Assembly: GCA_951406725.2 (NCBI GenBank)
Contig: OX597817.1
Span: forward strand, 158,224,001 to 158,288,000
Length of the DNA stretch: 64,000 bases
DNA from: Octopus vulgaris
Lineage: Eukaryota
Reading direction: 5' to 3'
Position 1 is the stretch's first letter. Every line of letters begins with the position of its first letter. Made by a program: the position numbers and the translations under genes. Below, one piece after another: positions 34,728 to 49,420 of the stretch. Under the pieces are notes generated by a model. That model had not been told where the DNA came from, did no database searches, and saw only the letters and a list, made by a program, of their open reading frames with translations.

Positions 34728-35432
34728 TGAGGGGGTACAGAAAAGTTTCTGGCTTTGGGTAAAAGAAAATACACGAGAATCAGTTAATTAGGATTTTATT
34801 CAACGTATTCCCGAGACCTTTGGAAGTATGCTGTGCGTGAGAAGACCTGGCAGGACAAGTGAGGCCATAACCTGTGGCCGCTGCTTGGGATGTAGCCAGC
34901 CCACTTATGCATACCTTTCCTTCTTGGGACACAAAACTCTGCTTGCGAAGACCTGTTGAGGCAAGTGAAATTGGAATCAAAATCGCTCAAAAATCAATGG
35001 AAATTGTAGTTGTGATACCAGTGCCGGTGGCATGTAAAAGAACCATCCGAACGTGGCTGTTGCTAGCGCCACCCCGACTGGCCTCCATGCCGGTGGCACA
35101 TAAAAAGCACCAACTGATCGTAGTCGTTGCCAGCCTCGCCTAGCACGTAAAAAGCACCCACTACACTCATGGAGTGGTTGGCGTCAGGAAGGGCATCCAA
35201 CTGTAGAAACACTGCCAGATCAGACTGGGCCTGGTGCAGCCTCCTGGCTTCCCAGATCCTAGTCAAACCGTCCAACCCATGCTAGCATGGAAAACGGATG
35301 CTAAATGATGATGATGATTCCCCTCTTGGTCCTTCAGTTTTTCTAACCCCTGTAAAAGAACTCAGAAAGTTGGGCCACCAACCAGGCCTTTCATGATAGC
35401 CTTGAAGCCAGGAAATTTTCAGTACCCCTTCA
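34728..35432. mobile_element. mariner-type MITE split by a family B insertion (~34812-35317)
   Basis: Imperfect TIRs TGAGGGGGTACAGAAAAGTTTCTGGCTT / AAGCCAGGAAATTTTCAGTACCCCTTCA; the insert is flanked by ATTCCC. Confidence 0.65.
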
Positions 35433-36580
35433 TAATGTAAGGGCACAATCAGTCCTCTTATAAAACACCAGTAACTACTAATTCATCGGTCATATTATTT
35501 ACAAACAATCAGTCAAGACATTATACTGATGAACACAACTACGAATTTGATTTGTAAAATGTTTTAAAAACTCTAATTCTTTTTTAAAAACTATAAAATA
35601 AAATTTAATAAACTTATTTATTTTTTAATTTTCCATAGTTTTTATCTTGATCATACATCCTTTCAGTGTCAGATTGTCATTTATTCAAAAGTAGATATTA
35701 AGAAGGTAACTGGCCAGCCATATTTGTTCAATTGAATGGAATGACTACTCGATACTGCATTTCCTTTAGAAAGTTTTAATTAAAAAAATAATTTCTAATA
35801 CAGGACAAGTTTGAAAGAGTTCTAGAAAGTATATATTTTATACTTAACAACAATATTTATATTTTAATATCTTAAATTTAATAACATTGGCCCAAAAGAA
35901 TACAAGAGAGATATAGACAACAAAAAATGATTTAAAAACCATTTTGAGAATCCCAAATTAAAACTATCAGAAATAAATGACAAAACAAAATGTGGACTTG
36001 TCAGAATATTTTTTTTAAAAATGGGGAGAAAGTATATATATGTATGTGTGTGTGTCTGTATGTATATATATATATACACACACACATACATACATACATA
36101 CACATTAAAAAAAAAGTGTTTTGTTATTTTTGTATTTCATTTTTCTTTTTCTTTTTTTTTCATTTTTTTTTGCAAAATCTTTAATTTATAGCTTTGAAGA
36201 TATTTTCTGGAAACATTTCCTCTCAAAGTTATTGTAAAGTGAAATCAGAGGTCTACAAGTCTGTGTAATGACAACAACTAAATTTGCTGCTGTTCTTCAC
36301 TTTATGTTGAGCACGTGAGAAGAAACTTCATAAAAAGTGGTCCATGTTAATGCAGCCATACTTTAAACAGTGGCTCTGTATATATATGTATACATTATAT
36401 ATATATATATATATATAGCCTGTAACCATCCTTTGTACAAGTGAACATCATTCTTTCCAGCACATTTTCAAGCCAGGCAGACAGCACACATACAAGAATC
36501 CATGATGAATATTTCATATTGTTCTAGGAGTTGATTAAAGCACTCTGCGAATGTTTATTATTCATTTTGTATTGTTTTTT

Positions 36581-36670
36581 TTATACACCCTTTGATAGTT
36601 CAGAAGACAGCCAGTCAAGACCTTCATATAAACCAGAACCTTGTGTTGCACATGTTGGCTGAATGAACCA
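36581..36670 (-). CDS. ARF4: Class II ADP-ribosylation factor, last coding exon ([29 protein letters not shown])
   Basis: ttttacag acceptor, TAA stop at 36583-36581; CATQG is characteristic of class II ARFs. Confidence 0.9.
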   Translation of the reverse strand, partial: WFIQPTCATQGSGLYEGLDWLSSELSKGV

Positions 36671-37689
36671 CTGTAAAAATTAAAAAGTATAAGTTAAAGG
36701 GCGTCTTTGACTTAGCAACTACAGAAAAGGCAAAAATAATCCTATTCCTACATTAAAATTTATATCTACAGTGAAATTACAAAGCTTTATTTTTATCAAC
36801 AATGAAAGAAGGAAAAACAATGCTGGCTTGGGTACATTTTGAACACAAGACTAGAGATTTAAAAAAAAAAACAGAATACATCTAGTTTGGTACTCTTATC
36901 TTTGTGTACACACAAACAAAATAATTTAAATAATCTATATTCAGTTTTTGTTAAAGAATATTATCTTCACCCTGTTCTATCATTTATGAACGTCTTATAA
37001 AATGGCACAAAGCCTTGTACTGGTGCCACATAACAGCTAATATACTCTATAAAGTGGTTGGCATTAAGAAGGGCATCCAACTATAGAGATCTTGCCAAAG
37101 CCAACTGTAGAGCTTGGCATAGTCCTTCAGCCAGCCAGCTTCTGTCAAACCATCTAACCCAGGCCAACATGGAAGATGGGTGTTAAATGATGATGAGGAG
37201 TTGACTACCAGAGATCACATAAGACATTAGTATCATCTGATAGTAGTACCGTTATCTTCATTAGTCTCAAGAAGTTTTAACACACACACACGCATACTAT
37301 ACACATAAAAGAAAATATATCTGAAGCTGTCTCGATGAAAAAATTGAAAATAAAATCGGTCATTGGCCAATGCTTTTTTCCTACAATTATTTCTAGCTAA
37401 TAAAGCTAAGGCATTATGCATTAACTAACACTATCTTATCTATTATTTATTTTTATGTTTTCATGCAAATGGAGAATCTTAACTTAATCTCTAAGGAATT
37501 TATATTTTTCAGCCAATAAGTGTAGAATTTTGCGTTTTTCCTTATTAATTCAATAACATTGTATAATGAAAGTTATTCTTCACTAATGAAGACAGAATAG
37601 GACCAAAATATACCCACAATTTTGTCCCATAGTTACATGGAAAATTGGAAATAATTGCAAGCATGTATTAATATAATAATGAGCATAGT

Positions 37690-38012
37690 TCCACATGGTT
37701 CCGAGTTCAGTCCCACTGCTATAGCCCCGGGCCGACCAATGCCTTGTGAGTGGATTTGGTAGACGGAAACTGAAAGAAGCCTGTCGTATATATGTATGTG
37801 TGTGTGTGTGTGTGTTTGTCCCCCTAGCATTGCTTGACAACCGATGCTGGTGTGTTTACGTCCCCGTCACTTAGCGGTTCGGCAAAAGAGACCGATAGAA
37901 TATGTACTGGGCTTACAAAGAATAAGTCCCGGGGTCGATTTGCTCGACTAAAGGCGGTGCTCCAGCATGGCCACAGTCAAATGACTGAAACAAGTAAAAG
38001 AGAGTAAAAGAG
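37690..38012 (+). mobile_element. SINE family A in an ARF intron
   Basis: Matches 288-655 with an internal deletion. Confidence 0.8.
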
Positions 38013-38976
38013 TATAGTGTTTTTATATATTTATATATATATATATATATATTTTTGTCCAGAATCACGCCAGATACAAAGGAGGAAAGAAAATAGTAAT
38101 TAAGTGAAGGAGAAGTAGTGAGAGTAATAGCCCTGACTGAAAGAAGGGATGAAAAAAATATCAGCGTTTTAACTGTGTGAGTATGTGTATGGGTGTACAA
38201 GGGAACTATGTGAATGTTTGTATGTGTGGTTATCATGTACCTTATTTTGTATCTTATTTATATATAAAATACTACAATTAGCCATCGTTATTGATGGCAT
38301 GTGGTCAGCTAGTTTACTAATATTGTGCTTTCCCCCCCTCCATACTACATATTTCTAGTTGGCCTTTTAACGCTACATGCAGTAAATCTGTTGACACTAA
38401 CTTTCCTGCATGGAAACATGTCTTGCATACATTAAGAACACAATGTCAAAAGACAAACATTAACATTTTGTTTCTGATTCATCTTTTTTTACCTTTTACT
38501 AGTTTCAGTCATTGAACTGCAGCCATGCAGGTAATACCATTTTGAAGGGCTTAGATGAATAAATTAACCCCAGTACTTGCTTTCTTCTTTGTAAAGTTTA
38601 GTACTCATTCTATCAGTCTCTGTTGCTGAATTGCTTATGTTATGGGGATGTAAATAAACCAACACTGGCTGTCAAAGTATCATAGGGGTCAAACACAAAA
38701 ACACACATAACCATACAACAGGCTTCCATACAATTTCCATCTACCAAATTCTGTGTCAAGGAAAATGTTGGCCTGGGGTTATAGAGAAGACATTTGCTCA
38801 AGATAGCATGTAGTAGTAGTACTGAACCTAAGTCCATGTGATTTCAAAGTGAACTTCCTAATTAAGCAATCATGCATGTGTATATTATTGTTTAAAGGTT
38901 TTTAAACTTTATAACTTAATTTAAAAATCTAAAGTTTTACATGTGCATTAGAAATAATTATTGCAAACAAATGTAC

Positions 38977-39099
38977 CTTTTTTGCCAAAGATTCTAATTT
39001 AAGAGCTTGTTTAATTTCAGAAACAGACATAGCATTTGGTAAATCCTGTTTGTTGGCAAATACCAATAAAACTGCATCTCTTAATTCATCTTCTGATAG
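38977..39099 (-). CDS. ARF4: Class II ARF coding exon ([41 protein letters not shown])
   Basis: NKQD G4 motif; AG/GT boundaries; 123 bp, phase 0/0. Confidence 0.9.
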
Positions 39100-39164
39100 C
39101 TGGAAAATGGAGAAAAAAAAAAAACAAACAAAAACAATATTATTGACAAGGAAACTACAATATT

Positions 39165-39389
39165 ACGGAGATGTACTTGCATAGCAAGTGACCTGATCTG
39201 AGATCATATGTTGAAACAAAAACAACTGCAGTGTGGAAGGTGTTTATAAGCCTTTTAAAAACACACATAAACTGTTAGATTCACTTCAACATTTAAATTT
39301 AATTTGTCAAAATAATTTCATCGCTTTGAGACCATGACTTGTTTACTGACAAAATTCCATGCTTATTAACACTTTCCACGCTGCAGTTG
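39165..39389. repeat. Short element with 29-bp inverted arms (possible Penelope-like derivative)
   Basis: Arms 39223-39251 and 39361-39389 (3 mismatches), preceded by TGTTGAAACA as in the 24529 element. Confidence 0.45.
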
Positions 39390-39526
39390 ACAATAATATT
39401 AATTTCAATAAAGTTATAACTTTACCTTTTACTGATAGCAACAGCTCAGTCATAGAAAATTATATATAGACACTAAAGTCTGTATCGAGAATTATGTTGT
39501 CTTTGTTGATAATGTTGTGCTGTATT

Positions 39527-39990
39527 CATCATCATCGTTTAACATCCGCTTTCCATGCTAGCATGGGTTGGACAATTTGAGGTCTGGCGAATCAGACTCC
39601 AATCTGATCTGGCAGTGTTTCTACAGCTTGATGCCCTTCCTAATGCCAACCACTCTGAGAGTGTAGTGGGTGCTTTTACGTGCTACCAGCACGAGGGCCA
39701 GTCAGGTGGTACTAGCAACGGCCACGCTCAAATGTTGCTTTTTATGTGCCACCTGCACAGGAGCCAATCCAGCGGCACTGGCAACGAGCTCGCTTGAATG
39801 TTTTTTCACGTGCCACCAGCACAGGAGCCAGAGGAGCTGGCATTGACCACGATCGGATGGTGCTTTATATGTACCACTGGCACGGAAGCCAGTCAAAGTG
39901 GCAATGGCATCAGCAACGTTTGGATGGTGCTTTTTACATGCTACTGGCACGGGGGCTCACAACTACAATTTCCATTTGATTTGATTTTGA
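39527..39990 (-). mobile_element. RTE 3'-end repeat (family B)
   Basis: (CAT)n start and ~60-bp internal units. Confidence 0.75.
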
Positions 39991-40789
39991 TATTGCTATT
40001 AAATATTAAATACTATTACAACAGAGTATTCAATCACAACGTGTATCAATAATGGTACTCTGTCTCTGACTATCAATTCTGAAATATCTTAGAGTTTGTT
40101 TATGCTTTCATTGCTCTTCCTTTGGTACATTAATGAGCTTCCTGCTGTCAATTCTTACCTTTCAGCATACAGATGCTCTCCATATGCAATCTAAGACAAC
40201 TTGCTCTAAACTTTCACCGTTTTCATGAAAAGAGATTTCAAACATATCTCCCAATAGGTGCACAATAACCTAGAATTTTTTAACAGCACTATTGTACAAA
40301 CGCTAGACATATCAAGAAATAGCCTTATACAATAAAAACAAAGCTAAAGTCATTACAGATGCTATATTTCAAAATGTCTGAGAGTGCCTTTCAAGTTTTA
40401 AATTCTGCACAAAAACTGCATTCTAAAGAATATGGCAATATATAAATTCCAGTCAAGACCTGTTGAGGCAAGTGAAATCAAAATGAAATTCGATGACTGG
40501 CATCCATGCTAGTGGGGTGCAAAGAGCACCATACGAGTGTGATCGTTGACAGTTATGCACTGGGGTTGATATAATCGACTCAATCCGTTTGTCTGTCCTT
40601 GTTTGTCCTCTCTGTGTTTAGCCCCTTGTGGGTAGTAAAGAAGTAGGTATTATGTTCAGTTAACCCTTTCCATACAAAATCCACTAGAACTTATGCTTTA
40701 ATTGTTTTGCATAAACATTCTAAACAGTTTTCTTTGTTTTTCTTTATACATGAAAATTTGAAAATAAAATGAAATACAATTGAACAAAC

Positions 40790-40861
40790 CATTTTTTGCA
40801 ATTCATCAGAAGCTTCCGTCATTCTTTCTCGATCATTACTATCTACAACAAATATCAAACC
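40790..40861 (-). CDS. ARF4: Class II ARF coding exon (GLIFVVDSNDRERMTEASDELQKM)
   Basis: 72 bp; ttttag acceptor and GTTTGT donor; in frame with neighbouring exons. Confidence 0.92.
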
Positions 40862-42153
40862 CTAAAAGAAAAAAAAAAATATATTTGACAGAAAGAATAG
40901 AATTTGAATTTAAATGCAAAACTTGTCAGTAATTTACTGCTCTGTTTAATGAGTGTAATATTTTGGATACTCATATTTTTTAAAAAGCTTCACTAAACAT
41001 GTGTCATAGCAATATAAATGGTACAACTTTTAACCTGCTGGCTTGCATATGAAAAGCATACTTGAGAGTATGGCTAGATGGTTAATTGTTTGAGGTGTCC
41101 TATGTCATTGTGAGTAGACATAAACATTTCTTCAGGCCTCTTCAGCCATGACTGATTGAAACTGGGTCAAGGCTGTGACTGCTGGATGGAGATGGCTGCA
41201 CCAGTGTCTCACTAGTACTTATTACAGCTGAGTACGCTGAAGCAATGTGGAATGAACACGTCACTTTGCCCAGAAACTGAACCCATCACTTTATGATCAT
41301 GAGACAATTATGTCCTAGCCACCAGGTTACGCATATTAGTATGCATCACAATGCAAACAAAACAGATCATGTTGAAGAATAATGAAAACAGGATACGTAA
41401 AGGAAAATTCTTCAGCCAGGCAGCTGGCTGCAATACAAGCGATTTTTCAATAATGGTTTTCATATATTGGTAGCAATGGATTTTGTCTTAACATGTAATT
41501 GGCAGTGAGCACATATTAGTGTCAAAGCACAAAGGAGTAGAAGTGTGCCTCTAGCATTCTCAAGACCATTGCCCTGTGATTTTTCAACCACTACTGACAT
41601 ATTTGTGTTTTGGAACAGTACACATGTGGGAAATATAATCTCGGGACAAATACCACTGTTAATTTGCCTTTTTGCAGTGTATTTGCTTTGAGTATGATAT
41701 ACAGAGGCTAAGATGATTTATATGAGCTAGCAGTAAATTCTTATCCAAACAGCTTAAGATGTTCACTCTAAAAATCAGCAAGAAAATGAGCAAAGTAAAA
41801 TGATGGCTGCAAACTGAGAATTAATGTTTTCTTAATATCTATTGCAGAAACAACACTGATACTGAATTTTGAAGAAATAAAAAGTGCTTAAACACAGTGT
41901 TTCTGTATCTTGTCTTTTGTTATATTAGTGTAGAAACAAACTGAAGCCTACTCTGAAACAAAAGTAATGAACATAAGGAAATGAATTGTTCAGTGAATCT
42001 CAGCCTCCTACAGGCCATACAAACAGCACCAGAACCTTTTTGGTTTTTGAGAAGTAAATGATAGGTGAAACAGGAGAACATCTCATCAAGGGTTTTCTAT
42101 TGATTGGAAAGGGAAGGAAACAGTTTCACATCAATTCTACAACAGTACTTTAA

Positions 42154-42374
42154 CCCTTTAGTGTTCGCATTATTCTGCCAAAATTAATGCTTTTTTATCC
42201 ACATTGTTTTGAACTAATCATGCATTATCTTGAAGCTATGAGATTTTCATGAGGTAGCTGTTAATTTTAAAAACGATATTGTAGGGTTGGTCTGAGAGAC
42301 CAGATCTGGCCAGTTTGACCATAAAACAGGCAGAATACTTTTGGCCGGATATGGCCGGTTTAAATGCTAAAGGG
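42154..42374 (-). mobile_element. piggyBac MITE (family 1), complete, 221 bp
   Basis: TTAA at 42150-42153 and 42375-42378; close reverse-complement copy of 15150-15370. Confidence 0.9.
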
Positions 42375-42782
42375 TTAAGTAAATCCAACAAAGTTAATGG
42401 ATTTCTTGTTGAATATGCCCTAGTTAGTCCCATATGAATTTCTCTCAAACGTCAAGAAAGGTAGGGAAGAAGTTAAACCACTGTTGTACTAATGAAATAT
42501 ATTAACCCTTTTACTGTGGAAATCAGATATAACTACTCAAAGTTTCATTGCCCTTAACTGCAGAAAGCAGCTTTTATATACCAATTTATCTTTTGTTGAG
42601 GAACATCATGTCTGAAACTGTCTTTTGTAAAGAAATGTCAAGTTTATAAAGGCAGCTTAACTGGCAGAAAATACTAATTTGACTTTTTGCTAGATATTTA
42701 ATATCATTGCTGGAAAAATCAGGAGATTTCATTTCACAGTTAAAGGACCAAAAGAAGTAAAATACTCATCAGGCCTAATTCA

Positions 42783-43121
<339 letters not shown>

Positions 43122-44116
43122 CTATAAGACACCCAATATAAGGTGAAGTTTTACATGTTTAGGATAGAAGGAAAACTGAAATTTTTAAACTTGCATATAA
43201 TCATACCTTTTTGTATTTATGTTGACATAAAGGGGCCATATTCTTGTACCTCAACTGAATTCAGTTTATGCATTTTACTTTCTACATTAAGAATAATAAC
43301 CCTCTTGTTCGTTATACCACTGACTCAAGGACAATTAAGTCAATGTTACATTTTTAAGCTATTTAAATTTCATCTTTCAGTAATGACAATTATATTGAGA
43401 TGTTGTCAATACCGGATTTACTGCAAGCATTATATCAATTCTTCAATTTCTTTTGATCTCACAGGTGTCAGTAATCATAGACTTCCATGCCAAAATCTGA
43501 AGAGTCGTGATTTTTGTTTGTAAAGATACAGTAAGTTTCTTGTTGCTTTCTTACCAGTCTATTTAGTTTACTCTGCTAGTTATCTACTTTTCAAAACATG
43601 GTCTCAAGGCACAGAACATATTTAATTCTTAGATAAGGATTCAGGAAACAGCAGGGATATGTTTATACACTGGTGGGTCTGTAGGACATGTCTCAGGAAC
43701 CAGCCCTCTTCCAAGACCTGTATGCTTTAACTACAGGACTCGTAATTAGAGCCCATGACTAAAACTACAACCCTGACCCAAAGCAGATCTGAGAGTAGTG
43801 GTGACTAAGTAGTAACTTTATCATCTCCAAAACTTTTGAATTCTTGAGTTTGTCACCAGATGCAGTTTCAGGTCTTGCAGAATATGTTACATGTTGCTTT
43901 AAATGAATACTGTGTGGTAAGATGTTATGGGGATGTAAATAAACCAACACTGGCTGTCAACATATCATAAGGGTCAAACACATGGAAACATGCCTTGCAT
44001 GTCACATGGTTTGGAGTTCAGTCCCACTACACATTACTTTGGGCAAGTGTCTTCTACCATAACACCAGGTCAACCAATGCCTTGTGAGTGGATTTGGTAG
44101 ACAGAATTTGAAAGAA

Positions 44117-44531
44117 AAGGCGGCGAGCTGGCAGAAATGCTAGCACGCCGGGCGAAATGCTTTGTGGTATTTCGTCCGCTGTTACGTTCTGAGTTCAAAT
44201 TCGGCTGAGGTCGACTTTGCCTTTCATTCTTTCGGGGTCGATAAATTAAGTACCAGTTACGCACTAGGGTCGATATAATTGACTTAATCCGTTAGTCTGT
44301 CCTTGTTTGTCCCCTCTGAGTTTAGCCCCTTGTGGGTAGTAAAGAAACAGGTATTTCATCTGCCATTACGTTCTGAGTTCAAATTCCACCAAGGTCGACT
44401 TTGCCTTTCATCCTTTTGAGGTCGATAAATTAAGTACCAGTTACGCACTTGGGTCAATGTAATCGACAATCCTTTTGTCCGTCCTTGTTTGTCCCCTCTA
44501 TGTTTAGCCCCTTGTGGGCAATAAAGAAATA
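44117..44531 (+). mobile_element. SINE family D dimer nested in an older family A-type SINE
   Basis: 14-bp TSD AGAATTTGAAAGAA; core present twice. Confidence 0.8.
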
Positions 44532-44799
44532 AGAATTTGAAAGAACTCAGCATGTGTATCCTTGTCTTGATGTCACAGCATAGTTGTAAATGAGCGTCAA
44601 TGTCGTGCACACAGGATTTATTAGACACTAAGATTACAACTGCTGATAGAAAAGTGCACATGTTGCACATTTGGAAAGTATGTATATATAAATTCATGGA
44701 ACTGTGTATCATCACATGCATGTCTGTTGTACAGCTGACAGAACTGAACTATGCTTGAGTAACTGCCTTTATTTTCAAGCATGACATCATAAATGTATA

Positions 44800-45164
44800 T
44801 ACTCTTTTACTTGTTTCAGCCATTTGATTGCGGCCATGCTGGAGCACCGCCTTTAGTCAAGCAAATCAACCCCAGGACTTATTCTTTATAAGCCTAGTAC
44901 TTATTCTATCGGTCACTTTTGATGAACCGCTAAGTTACGGGGACGTAAACACACCAGCATCGGTCGTCAAGCGATGTTAGAGAGGCAAACACACACACAC
45001 ACATACATACGGCGAGTTTCTTTCAGTTTCCGTCTACCAAATCCACTCACAAGGCTTTGGTCGGCCCAAGGCTATAGTAGAAGACACTTGCCCAAGGTGC
45101 CACGCAGTGGGACTGAACTCGGAACCTTGTGGCAAGCTACTTACCACACAGCCACTCCTGCGCC
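44800..45164 (-). mobile_element. SINE family A
   Basis: Reverse complement of the family A sequence, ending CCACTCCTGCGCC. Confidence 0.85.
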
Positions 45165-46857
45165 CACAGAGTAGTGACATGAACTACGTGCTTTACACAT
45201 TCAATCATTTGCTGGTGTTGCGTGCATGTATTGGTGTACACTCCAAATTTCAAGACTGGAGTATAGTTTGGAAGATCAATTGTGTGCACTTTTTTAAAAA
45301 AGTAAAATTTTGTGAGTTATCATTTATTCATTTTTTTTCTTTTAGTCACTGAGCTGTGTCCATGCTGGGGCACCACCTAGGAGACTTTTAGTCAAATAGA
45401 TCAACCCTAGTAGTAATTTTTTTTAAAAGTCTGCTACTTATTATATCTGTCTATTTTGTCAAGCCACTAAGTTACAGGGTTGTAAACAAACACACACACA
45501 TGATGTGCTACCACATAGTTTCCATATACCAAATTAATTCACAAGGCATTGGTCAGCCTTGGGGGACAGAAGATATTTGCCCAAGGCACAGCACAGTGGA
45601 ATTGAATAGAAACCATATAGGTGCACCATACAGCTGTTTCTGTGCCCTTATGTACAAGTATATGGTAACTTTCTCTAGAATGCTAGTAATAGAATATAAA
45701 CTAACTGGTCAACGCAGTTAATTACCGTAGAAAACCATGTAATTTGTGCACCTGTGTAATTTACGCAGGTGATTTTCAGGATAAAATTTGTTAAAAAATG
45801 TTTCTACTCATGTAAAGTTCACACCCAAAGTTTTCAGAATTTGCTGATATGGCCAGGGGAAAGAGGTTTCAATTTAGTTGCATTTTAGTATAATTTCACT
45901 TACTTATGATTAGATTTTATTAAATTTACATTAAATAAAAATAATTTCTGTTGTCTATAATAAACTTTATTCTACATTTCTTGCCCACAAGGGATTATGT
46001 CTGATCTTTAGCATACTGCTGTATGTCTTCTTAAATCATGACCACAAGAAAAATCGTTGATAAGAATCATCAACAAAATAACATGCACAGGTGTTGCAAA
46101 TTAAGTTTAATTACTAATAAACATTAATGGTTTTAGTAAATTTATACAGAAAACGTAAGCATTATACCATCTACATAAATAAAAATCAAATAATTTACTG
46201 AGAAATATTTTTTACTACTACTTCCCAAAAACCACAACCCCAAAATAATAATTCTCTTTTGCACTGGTTGGATGGGTCAATTATATAGCATCCATTATCT
46301 TAAGCTCAACACAGATATCTAACGATGTAAAAGTTTGATCTAACTACCGCATTCCATGTTTTGTTTCATACACTTACTTTATCACAAGCATGGTCCATGT
46401 TCATATAAGTTCAAAGAAAAGTAGTCATCTTCTTAATTATTAATTATTGATAATGATTCTTTTGATATCTTGTTTCATAACTTAGTCAACTGGTCTCTCG
46501 AGTTTATATGATACATTTAATGTATCACATTAATCCTACCTTTTATAATAACCATTACTGATCGATTCTCGGTATTCACTTTGTATTTTACACTTTTGAT
46601 ATACTCTAATCATTATCATCATCATCGTTGAACAGCCACTTTCCCATATTTGTACAGACTGGACAGAATTAGCTGAGGTAAATTTTCTATGAGTGGATGT
46701 CTGTCTCATCACCAACCCTCACCTGTTTCCAAGCAAGGTAATATTTTCTCAAGGCCAGACATGTTTTTTTTTTGTGGAAAACTGGAAATGAACAACTTAT
46801 TTGCATGCAGACACACTCACCAAAACACATACATCTGTGTGTGTGTGTGTGTGTGCT

Positions 46858-47190
46858 TCATCATCATCATCATCATCACCATCGTTTAACGTCTGCTTTC
46901 CATGCTAGCATGGGTTGGACGGTTCAACTGGGGTCTGGGAAGCCTGGAGGCTGCAACAGGCCCAGTCTGATCTGGCAGTGTTTCTACAGCTGGATGCCCT
47001 TCCTAACGCCAACCACTCCATGAGTGTAGTGGGTGCCTTTTATGTGCCACCAGCACAGGTGCCAGGCGAGGCTGGCAACAGCCACGATCGGTTGGTGCTT
47101 TTTACATGCCACCGGCACAGAGGTCAGTCGGGGCGGTGCTGGCAACGGCCACGTTCGGATGGTTCTTTTACATGCCACCGGCACTGGTAT
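46858..47190 (-). mobile_element. RTE 3'-end repeat (family B)
   Basis: (CAT)n start and conserved core. Confidence 0.8.
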
Positions 47191-48385
47191 CACAAACCAA
47201 AAGACAGGGACAGGTGAGGGAACAACAAACAAGGTGTATTAGTTTGATGCTCAGATAAAATGGAAAACACACACACATAATGAGCTCATTTCAGTTTCCA
47301 TCCACTTACCCAAGGTGCTGCACGAAGGGACTACATGAATTTCTTCCCCACAATTGAAACCATAGGCACTACTCAACTGCAAGCTCCACTACTTATGCTA
47401 AGTATTTGTTAACAAAAGCAACTGTTCCTTAAGCCAGTGTCACTGATCTTGAATCATAGATATTTAGGTGCTGTACCCCATGGCCTACATTAATTATATA
47501 GAAGGCAATGAGCAATTGCCCTTCTTCCCTGGAAGTAAGCAAAACGTAATTAATTAATTACTGTTACTCTTGTGTATTTGTTCTGCCTCCTTTTAGTCTA
47601 CTTGAAATCCTGATAAAGACAGCATTCTAGCATTGGTATTTTGTGGGGAAGTACTGTTACGGTCTGGTAAATTTTTAGTTAAGTGAGTGTAAGAACCAGT
47701 TAGTTACTTTACATTAAGTTACCACACATACTTGTACATAAACCACAATATGGGGTGGACTGCCATGACTAATCTACAGAACTGTGCACAAGACTTGAAA
47801 CTTGCAACATGCACACAAGACACAGTGTGTAGAGTGGGTTGATCATGTCACAACATAAACATACAAAAATGATTTCACAGTGGCACAAATCCATGAATGG
47901 CTAGGGAAGTGCATAGAGTCAATTAAATGACTACAGTATATGAGTGGTGCTTGTTTTAATGTCCCGTGTGGAATGAAAAACAAAGTCAGCTGATGTAATT
48001 TGAATTCAGAGCATGGTAAAATTGAAACTACATAAAGGCATTTAATTCTCTGTGCTCTAATTTCTATCGTTAAGGATTTTTTTTCACACAGAATATAACT
48101 AATTGATGTGATTCCATCATCTTAATAATAATAATATCTTGAACTGCAAAAAAGCAAGATTTGAATTTACAAGCATGAAATTACTAAACTGGACCATCTA
48201 AACCTAGCACTCATCATCATTTAACATCCAGTTTCCATGCTGGCAGGAGTCAAGCAGTTTGACAGGAACAGGCAGGTCAGAAGACTACGTCACGCTCTGC
48301 TGTCCATTTTGGTATGGTTTCTACAGCTAGATAAGTTACATTAGTTGTACAGCTGAATATTGCATTTCTTAAGAATTTCATATGG

Positions 48386-48756
48386 TGGAAGCACTCCGTC
48401 GGTTACGACGACGAGGGTTCCGGTTGATCCGAATCAACAGAACAGCCTGCTCGTGAAATTAACGTGTAAGTGGCTGAGCACTCCACAGACACGTGTACCC
48501 TTAACGTAGTTCTCGGAGATATTCAGCGTGACACAGAGAGTGACAAGGCCGGCCCTTTGAAATACAGGTACAACAGAAACAGGAAGTAAGAGTGAGAGAA
48601 AGTTGTGGTGAAAGAGTACAGCAGGGATTACCACCATCCCCTGCCGGAGCCTCGTGGAGCTTTAGGTGTTTTCGCTCAATAAACATTCACAACGCCCGGT
48701 CTGGGAATCGAAACCGCGAGTCCGCTGCCCTAACCACTGGGCCATTGCGCCTCCAC
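48386..48756 (-). mobile_element. SINE family C
   Basis: 13-bp TSD AAGAATTTCATAT; near-identical to 8937-9318. Confidence 0.85.
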
Positions 48757-48939
48757 AAGAATTTCATATATACAGTACTTTACACATGTTTTCTGCAGGA
48801 AAAAAAAAAAAAAAAAAAAAACAGCTTAGAAGTAAAAAAAGAAAAATAAATAAATGATATGGCCTTGCAGTGTAATATAAATAATAAAGCATTCTTAAGG
48901 AAATATGACAAAGGTGGTGAAAGGAAAACATTGAGATAC

Positions 48940-49020
48940 CTATAGTAGGAATGGTTGTAACGACTTCTCCAAGTTTCAGTTTGTACAAAATGGTTGTTTT
49001 CCCAGCAGCATCCAAACCAA
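48940..49020 (-). CDS. ARF4: Class II ARF coding exon ((V)[26 protein letters not shown](G))
   Basis: P-loop GLDAAGKT; 81 bp, phase 1/1; tttgtag acceptor and GTATCT donor. Confidence 0.95.
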
Positions 49021-49262
49021 CTACAAAAGACAAAAGAAACATGTGATGTTGTAGAAAATCCCAATCAGTTGCACACCTTTTTACATTAAGAGAAAGCTAT
49101 CTATTGACACCAAAAATAGAGTGAAATTTAACAGGGTTAGTTTTGTATTTTTGATTGCAGTTTGAATACAACAGAAATTAAAGGACTAATTTGGAAAATG
49201 GTAAAATCAGTATGGTTTGGGAGCATGAAATGTTGGATGTAAAGATAAGAAAGCAGGTTTAA

Positions 49263-49420
49263 CCCTTTTATTATTCAGATTACTTTCTCAAACGTAATGC
49301 TTATTTATCCAAACTGTTTTGAATTAATTATGCATTATCTCATAGCTTCAAAATTTCAATGATGTTATTGTTTATTTTTACAATGACATTGTTGGCTAGG
49401 TGAGAGAAGCCAGATCAGCA
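49263..49420 (-). mobile_element. piggyBac MITE (family 1), partial
   Basis: TTAA|CCCTTTT...TTCAGATTAC...GAATTAATTATGCATTATCTC. Confidence 0.65.

Noticed and set aside
45723-46200. Possible pogo/Tigger-like terminus (TACCGTA...GTAATTTACGCA)
   Set aside because: No matching second TIR or transposase trace could be located.
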